Below, in pieces: positions 25,734 to 35,617 of a stretch of 64,000 nt of DNA (positions within the stretch are counted from its first letter, which is position 1; every line of letters starts with the position of its first letter). The stretch is from a virus. The notes beneath the pieces were generated by a model, which saw nothing but the letters and a program-made list of their open reading frames with translations, did no database searches and was not told the origin of the DNA. Where the stretch lies: IMG/VR virus record IMGVR_UViG_3300013132_000021; one strand, written 5' to 3'. The translations under genes were made by a program, and so were the position numbers.

Positions 25734-26563
25734 CTGATTTTTGGCATTAATCTTGCTAATGGAATGCCTTGGCTGATTTCCTCCACGGTCCATTCGGTGT
25801 GACACAGTCGCAAGAACCATTCCTGTCTGTCTGGCATCATGGGAGTTTCTATTTGATCCCAAGTGATAGACAGATCCGAGGCCAAACTGGTGGAATCACA
25901 CAACACAGGTACTCCTTGTATGACGGCTTGCACAGCAGGACCGCTGTTGTGATTGATAACACAGTGATAATTGTAGAAAATATCAAAATCGTCATAGCTG
26001 CCTGATATCAATCGAGGACGTTCTAGGGTCACATCTGGTATATCTAGACCAAACAATGATCTAGGATGTGGTCTCACTATGATTTTTCGTTGAGATTTAG
26101 CTCGTATCTGTTTCACAGTGTTTTCAACCCAGGTTTTCATCGACGGCATACCTTCCCATTGAAGACTGTGACTGTGTTGACACGCTATAAGTATGTCTGG
26201 TCGTTGGTCGGATCTCCTATCTCTCAGATCCGCACCTAATTTTTTTGGTCGAGCTGAGTCGAGATCTCTGTCGTTGGCAAATTCTCCAAGATTATTGATA
26301 TGATTCAGCGAAATTCGCCACGTGTGATTTCTACGTAGATTTCCTACTTCGATGATGATCACTGGTTTGTTGATATTTCTACACTGATAGTAGACTTCAC
26401 GATTACGACTCATCCTGCCAGACCATAGCACTGACCAAATCACTGCAACATCTTCATGATCATCGACTATGCTGTGGCCAAGAGACTGTGCTCCCTGTGC
26501 AAACGCATCAAAGATTGGTTGGCTGTTTAGTGCACCGTATTGCCGATATAATTTGAAGCGCAT
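25730..26563 (-). CDS. GT-B-like capsule-synthesis (KpsS/KpsC-like) protein, paralogue 1
   Basis: IVRPHPR, VINHNSGPAVQAVIQGVPV, RQEWFLRLCHTEW. Confidence 0.7.
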   Translation of the reverse strand: MRFKLYRQYGALNSQPIFDAFAQGAQSLGHSIVDDHEDVAVIWSVLWSGRMSRNREVYYQCRNINKPVIIIEVGNLRRNHTWRISLNHINNLGEFANDRDLDSARPKKLGADLRDRRSDQRPDILIACQHSHSLQWEGMPSMKTWVENTVKQIRAKSQRKIIVRPHPRSLFGLDIPDVTLERPRLISGSYDDFDIFYNYHCVINHNSGPAVQAVIQGVPVLCDSTSLASDLSITWDQIETPMMPDRQEWFLRLCHTEWTVEEISQGIPLARLMPKIS

Positions 26564-26598
26564 GTTGAGTAATAAATAACTGTGTATTTAATGATATT

Positions 26599-26997
26599 AT
26601 GGCCAAGTTCGCAAAAAGATTAAGAAAATTATCTGGTTACACAGAAAACGCCTTGGTTGTAGGCAAGGCATTTGGTTATCTTGACCAATTGTTGGAGATC
26701 TACACCAATGTTTTTGTTGTGGATGCCGATCTACCGTCAGCTAAGGCAAGAAACCTCATCTACAAAGAAAATTTCGATGATCTAAATGTGTTGACACAGG
26801 TCGGTGCTATATTTATCGACCTAGATAAGATTGATAAATTAGATATCCTGGAAGATTTTTGGCAAAGGCACAAGTCAACTATATTTGTCGAAGGCAACGA
26901 TTGCATACTTAGACATCTATCTAAGCCATTGTTTAAAACAGGATGGCAGTGCACCAGTTTACAGGGAATTTATCACGTATGGGAAAAGATAAAATGA
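26599..26997 (+). CDS. hypothetical protein
   Basis: 132 aa, divergent TAAATA boxes upstream, coupled to the next gene. Confidence 0.7.
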   Translation: MAKFAKRLRKLSGYTENALVVGKAFGYLDQLLEIYTNVFVVDADLPSAKARNLIYKENFDDLNVLTQVGAIFIDLDKIDKLDILEDFWQRHKSTIFVEGNDCILRHLSKPLFKTGWQCTSLQGIYHVWEKIK

Positions 26998-27827
26998 AAA
27001 TAGCAGTGGTAACAACCTTCCACGAGGAGGGTCTTAAAAAATATGGTCAAAGAATGATCAACACATTCTGCCAAAACTGGCCTGCCGAGGTCAAATTACA
27101 CATCTATCCCGAATCGTGCAATCCTGCTATCAGTGATCACGATCACGTTACGCTGAAAAGATTAGAAGAAATTTCAGAACTAATGGCATTCAAAGAACGT
27201 TGGCGGAATGTTCCCAAGGCCAACGGTGATGTTTCGGCAGACCCTGTAAGATCTCGAAGAAAAGACTCAGGCAAGGGATTTAAATGGCATGCTGTGAGAT
27301 TTGCACACAAGGTCTATGCGATATTCCACTGTGCTCGAGAAACTGATGCAGATATATTGATATGGATGGATGCCGATACCATATGTCATAGTCCTATCAC
27401 CACGCAGGACCTGCACAGGATGATTCCCGCAGACTCTGAACTGTGTTATCTAGGTAGAAAAGGCAAATATTCAGAATGTGGGTTATATGCCATGAATCTT
27501 AGATCGCCGAACATACAAAATTTTCTAAAAGAATTCCAACGCATGTACGATGATGCAGAACGTGGAATTTTTCTTCTAGAAGAATGGCATGACAGTTTTG
27601 TATTTGATGCTGTACGTGTAAAATTCCCGCAGATGCGACAGTTAGACTGGGCAAAACACCTACACGATCTGCGACCAGCTCCTGGTATGAGCTCCGGGGA
27701 AGGACATCCGCTGATTAACAGTGAGTGGGGTGCATGGTTGGATCATCTAAAAGGTTCAAGAAAGAATCTTGGTCGCAGTAAACTAGAAGATTTAAAGATC
27801 CAAAGGACAGAGACGTATTGGCGATAA
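26994..27827 (+). CDS. GT-A glycosyltransferase
   Basis: RFAHKVYA, WMDADT (DxD), YSECG, EWHDSFVFD, DHLKG. Confidence 0.8.
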   Translation: MKIAVVTTFHEEGLKKYGQRMINTFCQNWPAEVKLHIYPESCNPAISDHDHVTLKRLEEISELMAFKERWRNVPKANGDVSADPVRSRRKDSGKGFKWHAVRFAHKVYAIFHCARETDADILIWMDADTICHSPITTQDLHRMIPADSELCYLGRKGKYSECGLYAMNLRSPNIQNFLKEFQRMYDDAERGIFLLEEWHDSFVFDAVRVKFPQMRQLDWAKHLHDLRPAPGMSSGEGHPLINSEWGAWLDHLKGSRKNLGRSKLEDLKIQRTETYWR

Positions 27828-27831
27828 TTTC

Positions 27832-28623
27832 ATGCATAATTTTTTTTGTGTTGGTGGTGCAAAATACGGGTGTGAACTATTCTCAAACGGCAGTAATGGA
27901 AAAATTGTTACGGTTGATGAAGCATTATCTGATTTATCGTTACTGCTCTGCTGGGCAGGATCGCACAAAGAAGTATTATATCAGCACTGTATAGAGAATA
28001 ATAGAAAATTTTATAATTTAGATACCGGATATTTTGATAATATCAAAAGAAAAGAAATAATTAGGATATCTATAAACAATTTTCAAGACCAGAGTCCGAT
28101 AATTGATAGACCCGACGATAGACTGAAATCATTATCTCTCGAAATTCAAGATTTCGTTAGGGGAGCAACGATAGTAATAGTACCACCCGATGAAAAAATT
28201 TTAAAAAGTTTTAAATTACCAGATAATTGGGTTGAAAAGACTCAAGAAGAAATAAAAAAATATTCCGATCGTCCTATCAAGATAAGAAACAGACCAGACT
28301 CGAGAAATACCAGATTATTGTCTGATACTTTTACCGATTTTATTAGAAATGACACACATGTGGTTGTTGGCTACTCATCGAACGCACTAGTTGAAGCAGT
28401 TTTATCCGGAATTCCAGTTATTGCATTGGGCCATTCTGCCACAACAAGTTTAATGAATTACGAAATTTCAGATTTAGAAAATATTCCCAATATAGATCAA
28501 GGAAAAAGATACTCTTGGTTAAAGCATCTTTCTTATAGACAATTTTCTCATAGCGAATTAGAGAACGGAATCGCTTGGGAATTTTTAACCACCGAACCTA
28601 GCAGCATACGGGCCGGAACCTAA
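27832..28623 (+). CDS. capsule-synthesis-like GT, paralogue 2
   Basis: NLDTGYF, IRNRP, SSNALVEAVLSGIPV, WLKHLSYRQF. Confidence 0.7.
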   Translation: MHNFFCVGGAKYGCELFSNGSNGKIVTVDEALSDLSLLLCWAGSHKEVLYQHCIENNRKFYNLDTGYFDNIKRKEIIRISINNFQDQSPIIDRPDDRLKSLSLEIQDFVRGATIVIVPPDEKILKSFKLPDNWVEKTQEEIKKYSDRPIKIRNRPDSRNTRLLSDTFTDFIRNDTHVVVGYSSNALVEAVLSGIPVIALGHSATTSLMNYEISDLENIPNIDQGKRYSWLKHLSYRQFSHSELENGIAWEFLTTEPSSIRAGT

Positions 28624-29295
28624 GTATCGACCAAATTGAGAGTTATCAGCCGGAGCATTGTGTCCAACTGTTGGTGCCCAAAGGAAAACTCTCTTACTTT
28701 TAGTATAAATGGTTTCATATTTTAATGATTCCATAAATTTGCAACAGGTATCAATATCTTGATTAACTTCAAAAATCACCCAAGGCCGCTGTGAACGAAT
28801 AAGATGTTCTGCACCTTTTAGAACTTCTAACTCCCAACCTTGCACATCTATTTTGATAAGATCAACGTCTAGTAAATTTTCATTATCTAACTTAACAACC
28901 GGAACAGTATATGATGCCCCGACTCCCTCCCGACACAATTTTCCGTCGCCACAATTTTTTCCCGCTTGATGAAAATCAGCAGTACCTTCGAAGTCGGCTA
29001 CCGCGTTAGTCCTTATTTCAATCGCTGTGCCGACATTTGCCTGAAGACATTCTATATTTTGTTTAGATGGTTCGTATCCAACAATTTTTTTAAATTTTCC
29101 AATTAAAGGAAAACTCCAAATACCAACATTTGCTCCAACATCGATGAATGTTCTTTTATTAGGAAGATGCTCTAAAATTTGATTTCGAAATTTTCCTTCG
29201 TATGACGGATTACTCTTGTCAACATCGTTCTCTAAAACGAAACTTATTTTTTTGTCATCATCTGGCACGTACCAACCATTATGCATTAATCTCAT
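28585..29295 (-). CDS. FkbM family methyltransferase
   Basis: IDVGANVG, YEP, LIKIDVQGWELEVLKGA. Confidence 0.9.
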   Translation of the reverse strand: MRLMHNGWYVPDDDKKISFVLENDVDKSNPSYEGKFRNQILEHLPNKRTFIDVGANVGIWSFPLIGKFKKIVGYEPSKQNIECLQANVGTAIEIRTNAVADFEGTADFHQAGKNCGDGKLCREGVGASYTVPVVKLDNENLLDVDLIKIDVQGWELEVLKGAEHLIRSQRPWVIFEVNQDIDTCCKFMESLKYETIYTKSKRVFLWAPTVGHNAPADNSQFGRYLGSGPYAARFGG

Positions 29296-30218
29296 ATATA
29301 CCTCTTAAAAAAATTCCAGGCCTCACCCGAACGCAACTCTTGAAAATTCCAATGGCACATAGATATTTTCTCAATCCATGCTTGTCTATCCGGCACTTCG
29401 AGATTTTCTAATCGACTTAGATCTGTGTTTGCGATACCAAACGACTGACTGTGTTGCGGTACAGGATCTGTAACAAATGCCGGAACTCCTTCTATGATAC
29501 TAGCTACACTAGGACTGCTGTTATATACAACAGTGGCCCATGCATTTCTTAAATCATCAACTAATCTTTCATTAGTGCTGAGATGCACACCCTTGCCGTA
29601 AATTTTTAAAATTGATTTGATTTTTTTATCCCCAGGATGTGTACGAACAACAATCTGTCGTTTTCTACTGTGTTGCCTAATTTGCGCTATGGTCTGATCT
29701 AACCATGTCTGCACACCGAGTCCCCCCATGCTCCACCCTCCGTGTCTTTGCAGACAGATCAATATATGATCGCCTTCTGTTCTCCAAGGTTTCAAATTGA
29801 TATTGAGATCCTGGCTTATTTTCCGCCAGCGAGTAGGATCAATATCACGGTCAAAATAAAATCCTGTAGTTGGAAAAATTCCGTCGAAACTGTATCTTAG
29901 ATAAGTTTTGGTATTATTTGGATCTGCATATAGAAAAAGATTGCTGTCTACAATAAGGCTTCGCCGATTGTTTTTCTTTTGTAAATTTACAGCATCTTGT
30001 CTCAATTGTAGGTGAGGTGCAGATTTGCCATGTTCATGCACAAATCCCTGTATCAATGCAACATCACAAGATATAGCATTCATTCCTTGATGCTGTATGG
30101 CAATATCACCGACCGCACGAACTCCTTGACAGAAATTATCTAAAATCTGAGGCTTCTCTGGGTTCCGGTTATTGGGCGGAATTCCGGCATAGTAGGCTAC
30201 AGCAGTGAGATTAGACAC
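29292..30218 (-). CDS. capsule-synthesis-like GT, paralogue 3
   Basis: VVRTHPGD, VVYNSSPSVASIIEGVPAF, RQAWIEKISMCHW. Confidence 0.7.
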   Translation of the reverse strand: MSNLTAVAYYAGIPPNNRNPEKPQILDNFCQGVRAVGDIAIQHQGMNAISCDVALIQGFVHEHGKSAPHLQLRQDAVNLQKKNNRRSLIVDSNLFLYADPNNTKTYLRYSFDGIFPTTGFYFDRDIDPTRWRKISQDLNINLKPWRTEGDHILICLQRHGGWSMGGLGVQTWLDQTIAQIRQHSRKRQIVVRTHPGDKKIKSILKIYGKGVHLSTNERLVDDLRNAWATVVYNSSPSVASIIEGVPAFVTDPVPQHSQSFGIANTDLSRLENLEVPDRQAWIEKISMCHWNFQELRSGEAWNFFKRYI

Positions 30219-31305
30219 CGTGATAACGCCTTACAATATCTAGGGCAGTACCATCCATTAATTCATCAAAGGTAAATTGACAATAGCTGAGCCAGGCCAA
30301 CCAATCTCCCAGCGGTCCATAATATAGATCATTGATCTCACTTAGATTGCCCTTTGTCACAGGGTTACTAACATGCTTATTCAAAGTAATAGCAGGCACG
30401 CCTGCCCAGATAGATTCTATGGCACTGTTGGAATTGATACTGATAGTACAATAGTAATCGCCGTTCAATAGTTGTTGATACAGGCTGGTTCTGGTTTTTT
30501 TATTTGTTTTCGATCTAAATTCAATAGGACGATCTGTGTATTTTTTTAATTCATCAGCAACTTGCCTACTCCAAGACTTGGCCTCCACATGCATTATACC
30601 GGCAGCAAATTCTCCAGGTTCAATAATTAAAATTTTAGTTCCGTCACGTCGCCACGGTCCAGGAAAACTAGAAAAAATACCTAATCGATCAACCGGTGCT
30701 ACGAAATTTCGATTGAAATGTAAATGATTCCTAACTAGTCTGTGCCATTTTTTGTTAGGTTCTATAAAATTCGTGTATCCACTGTCAATGAACCAAAAAG
30801 GCAGATTGCGATCTATTTTATCAACCAGTATCTGTTCGTTGCCTACGGTGTTACGTAAAAGACAATCCTCTTCCACAGCATCAAAATGTCTACGTCTCAT
30901 CATTTCTGCGTCTGGGTCAATTTGAAGCCCTACAGTTTTAATAAAGTTTTGTTTGGGATGAGATCTATAGAGTTCTAGTATCTGTTCTTCTTCTAGTCTA
31001 TCTATGAGAACATCGATGTGGCGATGTATGTTTTTGTAATAGTGTTCTTTGTGATTGCTGATCTGTTGATTTACCAAATCCATCCATGCTTTGAGGTCTT
31101 TGCGAACTCCCTGCGTGATCTTCTGTTTTAATTTTTCTCTGTGTTTGTTTATATCAAACTTAGGTTTATTTTTAGTTTCAATTACATATTCTATTGCTCC
31201 GGCAGTGTGTCGCTCGTCTAATTCAATATGTTTGCAGGCATCCGAGACGTTGACCAATTCAATCAAAAATCTAGCAATCTCTTTATCATTAAGCAGAAGT
31301 TTCAT
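30211..31305 (-). CDS. capsule-synthesis-like GT, paralogue 4 (helical N-terminal extension)
   Basis: FIDSGY, KWHRLVRN, NSNSAIESIWAGVP, WLAWLSYCQF. Confidence 0.7.
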   Translation of the reverse strand: MKLLLNDKEIARFLIELVNVSDACKHIELDERHTAGAIEYVIETKNKPKFDINKHREKLKQKITQGVRKDLKAWMDLVNQQISNHKEHYYKNIHRHIDVLIDRLEEEQILELYRSHPKQNFIKTVGLQIDPDAEMMRRRHFDAVEEDCLLRNTVGNEQILVDKIDRNLPFWFIDSGYTNFIEPNKKWHRLVRNHLHFNRNFVAPVDRLGIFSSFPGPWRRDGTKILIIEPGEFAAGIMHVEAKSWSRQVADELKKYTDRPIEFRSKTNKKTRTSLYQQLLNGDYYCTISINSNSAIESIWAGVPAITLNKHVSNPVTKGNLSEINDLYYGPLGDWLAWLSYCQFTFDELMDGTALDIVRRYHGV

Positions 31306-32044
31306 TTAATATTTTCCATGCTGTGCCATTGGCGATTTCTTCGTGAGTGAATTGACCATAGGCCAATGAGTGGCAATGTTGTGCAACTAATTTAGGATCT
31401 GGATACCAAGGAGTTGCAATTTTTGAAAGGTCTGTAAGAGCTAGTGGTGATGCCGCACAAGGTACTGTAACAAATGCCGGTACACCATAAGCAATAGATT
31501 CCATTGCGGCAATACTGTTGAATGCAACTGTAGCAAAAATTTTCTTATCTAAAGCGTCATAGATACTGTCACTGTTTCTGTTAGATCTCGATCCTTTGTG
31601 TCTTATTATGATCTGCATATCTGTGTATTTTTTTATAGTAGCGACAGTTTCATCTAGCCATAGAGGCATCTCATATCCAAAATAATGACAGGACTTGGGA
31701 TTAGATACAATCAATAAAATTTTATCGCCGTCTTTTTTCCATCCCGGCCACTGCAATCTTCTGTCACCGTTTACTAACGCCTTCCATCTATCTGCAGGTT
31801 TGTTTTCTATTACAGATTTTTGTAATTCATTTTTGACTATTCTATGATATATTTTTTTTCCGCTGGGATTACCTGAACTGGTAAAATTTCCAAAATATCC
31901 GGTATCCATATAATAAAAATCTTCACCTCGATTTAGACAATTATGTATGTGTTTTCTTTTTATTATTCCTCGAAATATAGCAGGTGATAATCCTGTTATA
32001 GATTTTCTAAAGATTCCTTCCCATGATGCATCATCAATTTCCAT
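31289..32044 (-). CDS. capsule-synthesis-like GT, paralogue 5
   Basis: YMDTGYFGN, YHRIVKN, FNSIAAMESIAYGVP, SLAYGQF. Confidence 0.7.
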   Translation of the reverse strand: MEIDDASWEGIFRKSITGLSPAIFRGIIKRKHIHNCLNRGEDFYYMDTGYFGNFTSSGNPSGKKIYHRIVKNELQKSVIENKPADRWKALVNGDRRLQWPGWKKDGDKILLIVSNPKSCHYFGYEMPLWLDETVATIKKYTDMQIIIRHKGSRSNRNSDSIYDALDKKIFATVAFNSIAAMESIAYGVPAFVTVPCAASPLALTDLSKIATPWYPDPKLVAQHCHSLAYGQFTHEEIANGTAWKILNETSA

Positions 32045-32831
32045 TTAACAACTTCTCCATTGCTTTGCCGTTGCGCAATTCGCTGTTGTGGAATTGACCG
32101 TAGGCCAAATGGCAGGCCCATTGATAAATTTCATCACTGTCCGGATAACGAGGAGTTTCTATCAGTGAAAGGTCCTGCAGTCCCATTGGTTCAGCTGCAT
32201 TAGTCGGTGCTAGTGTAAACACAGGAATGCCGTGGAACACAGATTCCACAGCGGCCACACTGTTAAAAGTCACGAGTGCGAACACATCGTCATCTAATGC
32301 TTCTTGCAGTGTATTGTGCTGTATTCTATCTATGCGTTTAGCAGCACGATCTCTTATCTCTATAGGCCTATCGGTGTGCTTGCGGATGGCATCAACGGTA
32401 TTCTGCAGCCATAGATCCATGTCATAATCATAGAATCTCATCGGTTTGTCGTCTGGCTTTGCGATTAATATTTTAGATCCTGTCTTTTTCCAAAGAGAAA
32501 TCTTTTTTTTGAAAATTTTAAATCTATCATCAGATCTTGGCACGACATATTTGTGTTGTAGATCATTCTTTACAATCCTATGCCAATACTTCCAACCATT
32601 GGGATTACTAGCAGTTATCTCATTGCCAAAGTATCCTGTGTCTACGTAGTAAAATGTTCTACCATCGGCTAAACAACGATGTATGATTTTTTTCTTGAGA
32701 ATGCCTCTAAGCACAATAGGTTCGGAACTAGCGTCATAGTCAAAGTCGTTGGTATCAGTGACTTTTTTGCCACAGCCCTGTGCCAGCATGTTGATATATG
32801 GGTCTTGACCGTCTTTGCTGAGGAAGATCAT
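32034..32831 (-). CDS. capsule-synthesis-like GT, paralogue 6
   Basis: YVDTGYFGN, WHRIVKN, FNSVAAVESVFHGIPV, HLAYGQF. Confidence 0.7.
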   Translation of the reverse strand: MIFLSKDGQDPYINMLAQGCGKKVTDTNDFDYDASSEPIVLRGILKKKIIHRCLADGRTFYYVDTGYFGNEITASNPNGWKYWHRIVKNDLQHKYVVPRSDDRFKIFKKKISLWKKTGSKILIAKPDDKPMRFYDYDMDLWLQNTVDAIRKHTDRPIEIRDRAAKRIDRIQHNTLQEALDDDVFALVTFNSVAAVESVFHGIPVFTLAPTNAAEPMGLQDLSLIETPRYPDSDEIYQWACHLAYGQFHNSELRNGKAMEKLLNGN

Positions 32832-33466
32832 TTTTTAATTCTAATTGAACATTGCATGTGTCTACTTCGCAGCAAGGGTACGAATTCTCGATCGTATTCA
32901 ATTACCCATTCTTTTAATGCTTTAAATTCACCGAGTTGCCATTCTAGATACAGTTCGTGGCCGCCCCAAGGATATAATTCGTCGAAAAGTATAATTGTGC
33001 CTGGTACGATAATCGGATTTAACAGAGTTAAAATATCTCTAGCACTTGAATAAAGATCGCTGTCGATATGAATGAATTTTATTTCAGATTGATTATTCTG
33101 TATCCATTGAGGCAATGTATCTTTAAAAAATCCTTTTACTAATTTAACATTCTTAGCAAATTTAGGCAGCTCGTCAATACGGAAATGGCCTTTTGGATGG
33201 GATGGTTCTGTTTTAGAAATCGTAAACCAATCTTCAGGTAATCCCTCGAAGCTATCAAATCCCCACACAACTTCAGAAGGAAAATGATTCGATATTATTC
33301 TAAGGCTTCTTCCTTTCCATACACCAAATTCTAAAATTGATCCATTTATCATTGGCAGATCTAAAACTTGATATAGGTGATTTTGTCGTTCCGCTCCCAG
33401 AGGATGTACCGCAATTTCAAACTTATCTAGAAAATTTTCTGAAAAATTAAATTTATTTGTAATCAT
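32828..33466 (-). CDS. TylF/MycF-like sugar O-methyltransferase
   Basis: LEFGVWKG, GFDSFEGLPEDW, KGFFKDTL, HIDSDLYSS, FDE. Confidence 0.85.
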   Translation of the reverse strand: MITNKFNFSENFLDKFEIAVHPLGAERQNHLYQVLDLPMINGSILEFGVWKGRSLRIISNHFPSEVVWGFDSFEGLPEDWFTISKTEPSHPKGHFRIDELPKFAKNVKLVKGFFKDTLPQWIQNNQSEIKFIHIDSDLYSSARDILTLLNPIIVPGTIILFDELYPWGGHELYLEWQLGEFKALKEWVIEYDREFVPLLRSRHMQCSIRIKK

Positions 33467-34140
33467 AGTCCGTGCTGTAAACAGTAGTCAGTGTAGATGC
33501 GTTCTCGGTGCCATTCGTCGCCCATCGGAGTAGTAGCAAAATCATGGAAGCTAGGAGTTCCTAGAGTGTAATGTAGTAATTTTGCTCCAGGGTTGGCACC
33601 GTACTCGTCGGGTAGCCAATTCCATTCGATGGGTAATTGCCCCACTAGATTAGCATCCAACCACGTGAATCTGTGCAAGATAGCACCGGTAGCAGACTGT
33701 ATAAAATCGGTAGTTACAGATCGGTTAGCAGGATGTCCGCAATTCCAAAGTATCACACTACTCCAATTTTTACAAGGATAATTTTCATTTTTAGAACCGA
33801 GATATTTTTCAGTCATTTTAGTTTTATAATCATGTTTGACAACCATAACTGCTTTTGACTCGTCTCGTAGTGCCCATAGTTTTTCAATGTCATCACGCAA
33901 CAGCATGTCTCCATCCATAAATATTGCCCAGCCCTTGTATTCCATGAGATGAGGAACAAGGAAACGACTATAGATAAAATGATTGCTGCCATCTGTGTGC
34001 TGTTCTTTATAATCTTTTAATATGTTTAGAGCTAATGGTGATATCGATACAGGCTGACTTGAATGTCTAATGATACTATTCGTGCATACATGGTATGCTA
34101 TGGCTTCCCGAGGATCGTATCCGATAAAAATTGGTATCAT
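33463..34140 (-). CDS. GT-A glycosyltransferase (GT8-like)
   Basis: IFIGYDPRE, FIYSRFLVP, FMDGDM, KNWSSV, EWNWL, LHYTLGTP. Confidence 0.85.
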   Translation of the reverse strand: MIPIFIGYDPREAIAYHVCTNSIIRHSSQPVSISPLALNILKDYKEQHTDGSNHFIYSRFLVPHLMEYKGWAIFMDGDMLLRDDIEKLWALRDESKAVMVVKHDYKTKMTEKYLGSKNENYPCKNWSSVILWNCGHPANRSVTTDFIQSATGAILHRFTWLDANLVGQLPIEWNWLPDEYGANPGAKLLHYTLGTPSFHDFATTPMGDEWHRERIYTDYCLQHGL

Positions 34141-34901
34141 TTTCTTTCTATATCCTCTTCGATGCATCTATCACCGTATTGTATTTCTATAACTTTCAGA
34201 GGCTGGTCGGTTTCATTGCATAACTTATGCCATTGATGTTGGTTAATATGTATGTGTTGGAATCGAGTAAACTCGCCTAGCAGGTCCATATCTGTAGATT
34301 TGTCGACGGTATAGACAGTAGCCGTGCCTTCAGATACAAACCAATGTTCTGCTCGATCTTGATGGCGTTGCATACTGAGACAGGTCTTAGGTAGTACTGT
34401 AAGTTCTTTGACCTTAACTTCTTGATCTTGTTCATGCAATACTCGATAGTAGCCCCAACCTCTGCCGGTCTTAGGAGCCTTCCATTCTTCTAATATCCAC
34501 GAACTAGAATTGGCCTTGTTAAATCCGCCAACACCAAATGCAAATTCAAGATGGTTATCTTCAAATTCCATCTCTGGTATATTAGCATCTGTGCGATCGC
34601 CGCCGTTGGCAAATATAATTTTATAATCCGGCCATGTCTGCCTGGCTAACTTTATAGCCTGTTTGGCGCTGCCATCATCGTCATTAAATTCTAAAACAAA
34701 ATCTACATCTTTGATATTTTTGACGATATTCATGCGTTCATCCCAGGGCATAAATGCTCGGCCTTTTTTACGAACCAACCACGCATCAGAATTAACACCA
34801 ACAACCAGAGTGTCTCCTAATTGCTTTGCTGCACGAAAGTAGGCGATGTGCCCAGAGTGTAGAGGATCGAATCCTCCTGTGACAAGTACTAAGTTTTTCA
34901 T
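34137..34901 (-). CDS. cytidylyltransferase (HxGH) fused to a mannose-6-P-isomerase-type cupin
   Basis: TGGFDPLHSGH, GVNSD, FANGGDR, SSS; C-terminal RGWGYY...SMQRHQDRAEHW...IEIQYG..EEDIER. Confidence 0.88.
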   Translation of the reverse strand: MKNLVLVTGGFDPLHSGHIAYFRAAKQLGDTLVVGVNSDAWLVRKKGRAFMPWDERMNIVKNIKDVDFVLEFNDDDGSAKQAIKLARQTWPDYKIIFANGGDRTDANIPEMEFEDNHLEFAFGVGGFNKANSSSWILEEWKAPKTGRGWGYYRVLHEQDQEVKVKELTVLPKTCLSMQRHQDRAEHWFVSEGTATVYTVDKSTDMDLLGEFTRFQHIHINQHQWHKLCNETDQPLKVIEIQYGDRCIEEDIERK

Positions 34902-34933
34902 GCAGATATTTATCTGCACATATTATCTCAGAT

Positions 34934-35389
34934 TTAAAGAGTGGCGTCTTCTAGTCCTGCAGTTCTAAGTTTGACGATATTACTCAACTGCCATTGCTTG
35001 ATATCTAAGGCTTTGATAATGCCTAGCCATTTGTTGCGTAGCAGAGCAAAGTCATTGATGATCTTTTCAAAATCTACAACATCAGCTTCACCTTCCACAA
35101 ACTTTTCACAGTCTCTGGAACTGAGCTGACGTTGATAGTTTTCGAGATATTTACGAAAGTGTTGACTACGCAGTCTTCGAAGTTCGATATTGAGATATTC
35201 TAGGATACCTTCAATCTCTTGGAGTTGATTGAACCGAGTTTCTACGATGCCAGGCATCTGCGCAGAGGCTTTCTCGATGTTTCCCGTTACACGGACATCT
35301 TGTTTTGCCGAAATTAATTCAGCTTCATAATAGGCCACAGCATCGGGGATATTTGATATATCTTTGGAAACTCGATCATACCAATTCAT
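34934..35389 (-). CDS. uvsY: UvsY recombination mediator
   Basis: 151-aa helical protein, KQWQLSNIVKLRTAG C-terminus, next to uvsX. Confidence 0.75.
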   Translation of the reverse strand: MNWYDRVSKDISNIPDAVAYYEAELISAKQDVRVTGNIEKASAQMPGIVETRFNQLQEIEGILEYLNIELRRLRSQHFRKYLENYQRQLSSRDCEKFVEGEADVVDFEKIINDFALLRNKWLGIIKALDIKQWQLSNIVKLRTAGLEDATL

Positions 35390-35617
35390 TTATTCCTCGT
35401 CGTCTTCGTATTCTTCTTCGATTTCCTCACCATCGATAGCATACTCGATGGCATCGTCTAGATAGGGATCTACTCCTTGCAGTGACTCTAACACAGAGTC
35501 TTTGATACCGTGGTCTAATAGTGTGTTAACAAAATCAGCGGCAACATCAGCTCGTTGTTTTTCTGGAATATGACCAATCACTACATTCCATATATCGGCG
35601 ATTAAATCTTCTTTCAT
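35390..35617 (-). CDS. small acidic hypothetical protein
   Basis: 75 aa, coupled between uvsX and uvsY. Confidence 0.7.
   Translation of the reverse strand: MKEDLIADIWNVVIGHIPEKQRADVAADFVNTLLDHGIKDSVLESLQGVDPYLDDAIEYAIDGEEIEEEYEDDEE

Noticed and set aside
14227-34901. Host LPS/capsule locus, i.e. prophage boundary or chimeric assembly
   Set aside because: It is interleaved with uvsW and uvsY, uses the same TAAATA boxes and overlapping stops/starts as phage genes, and lacks export or polymerase genes.
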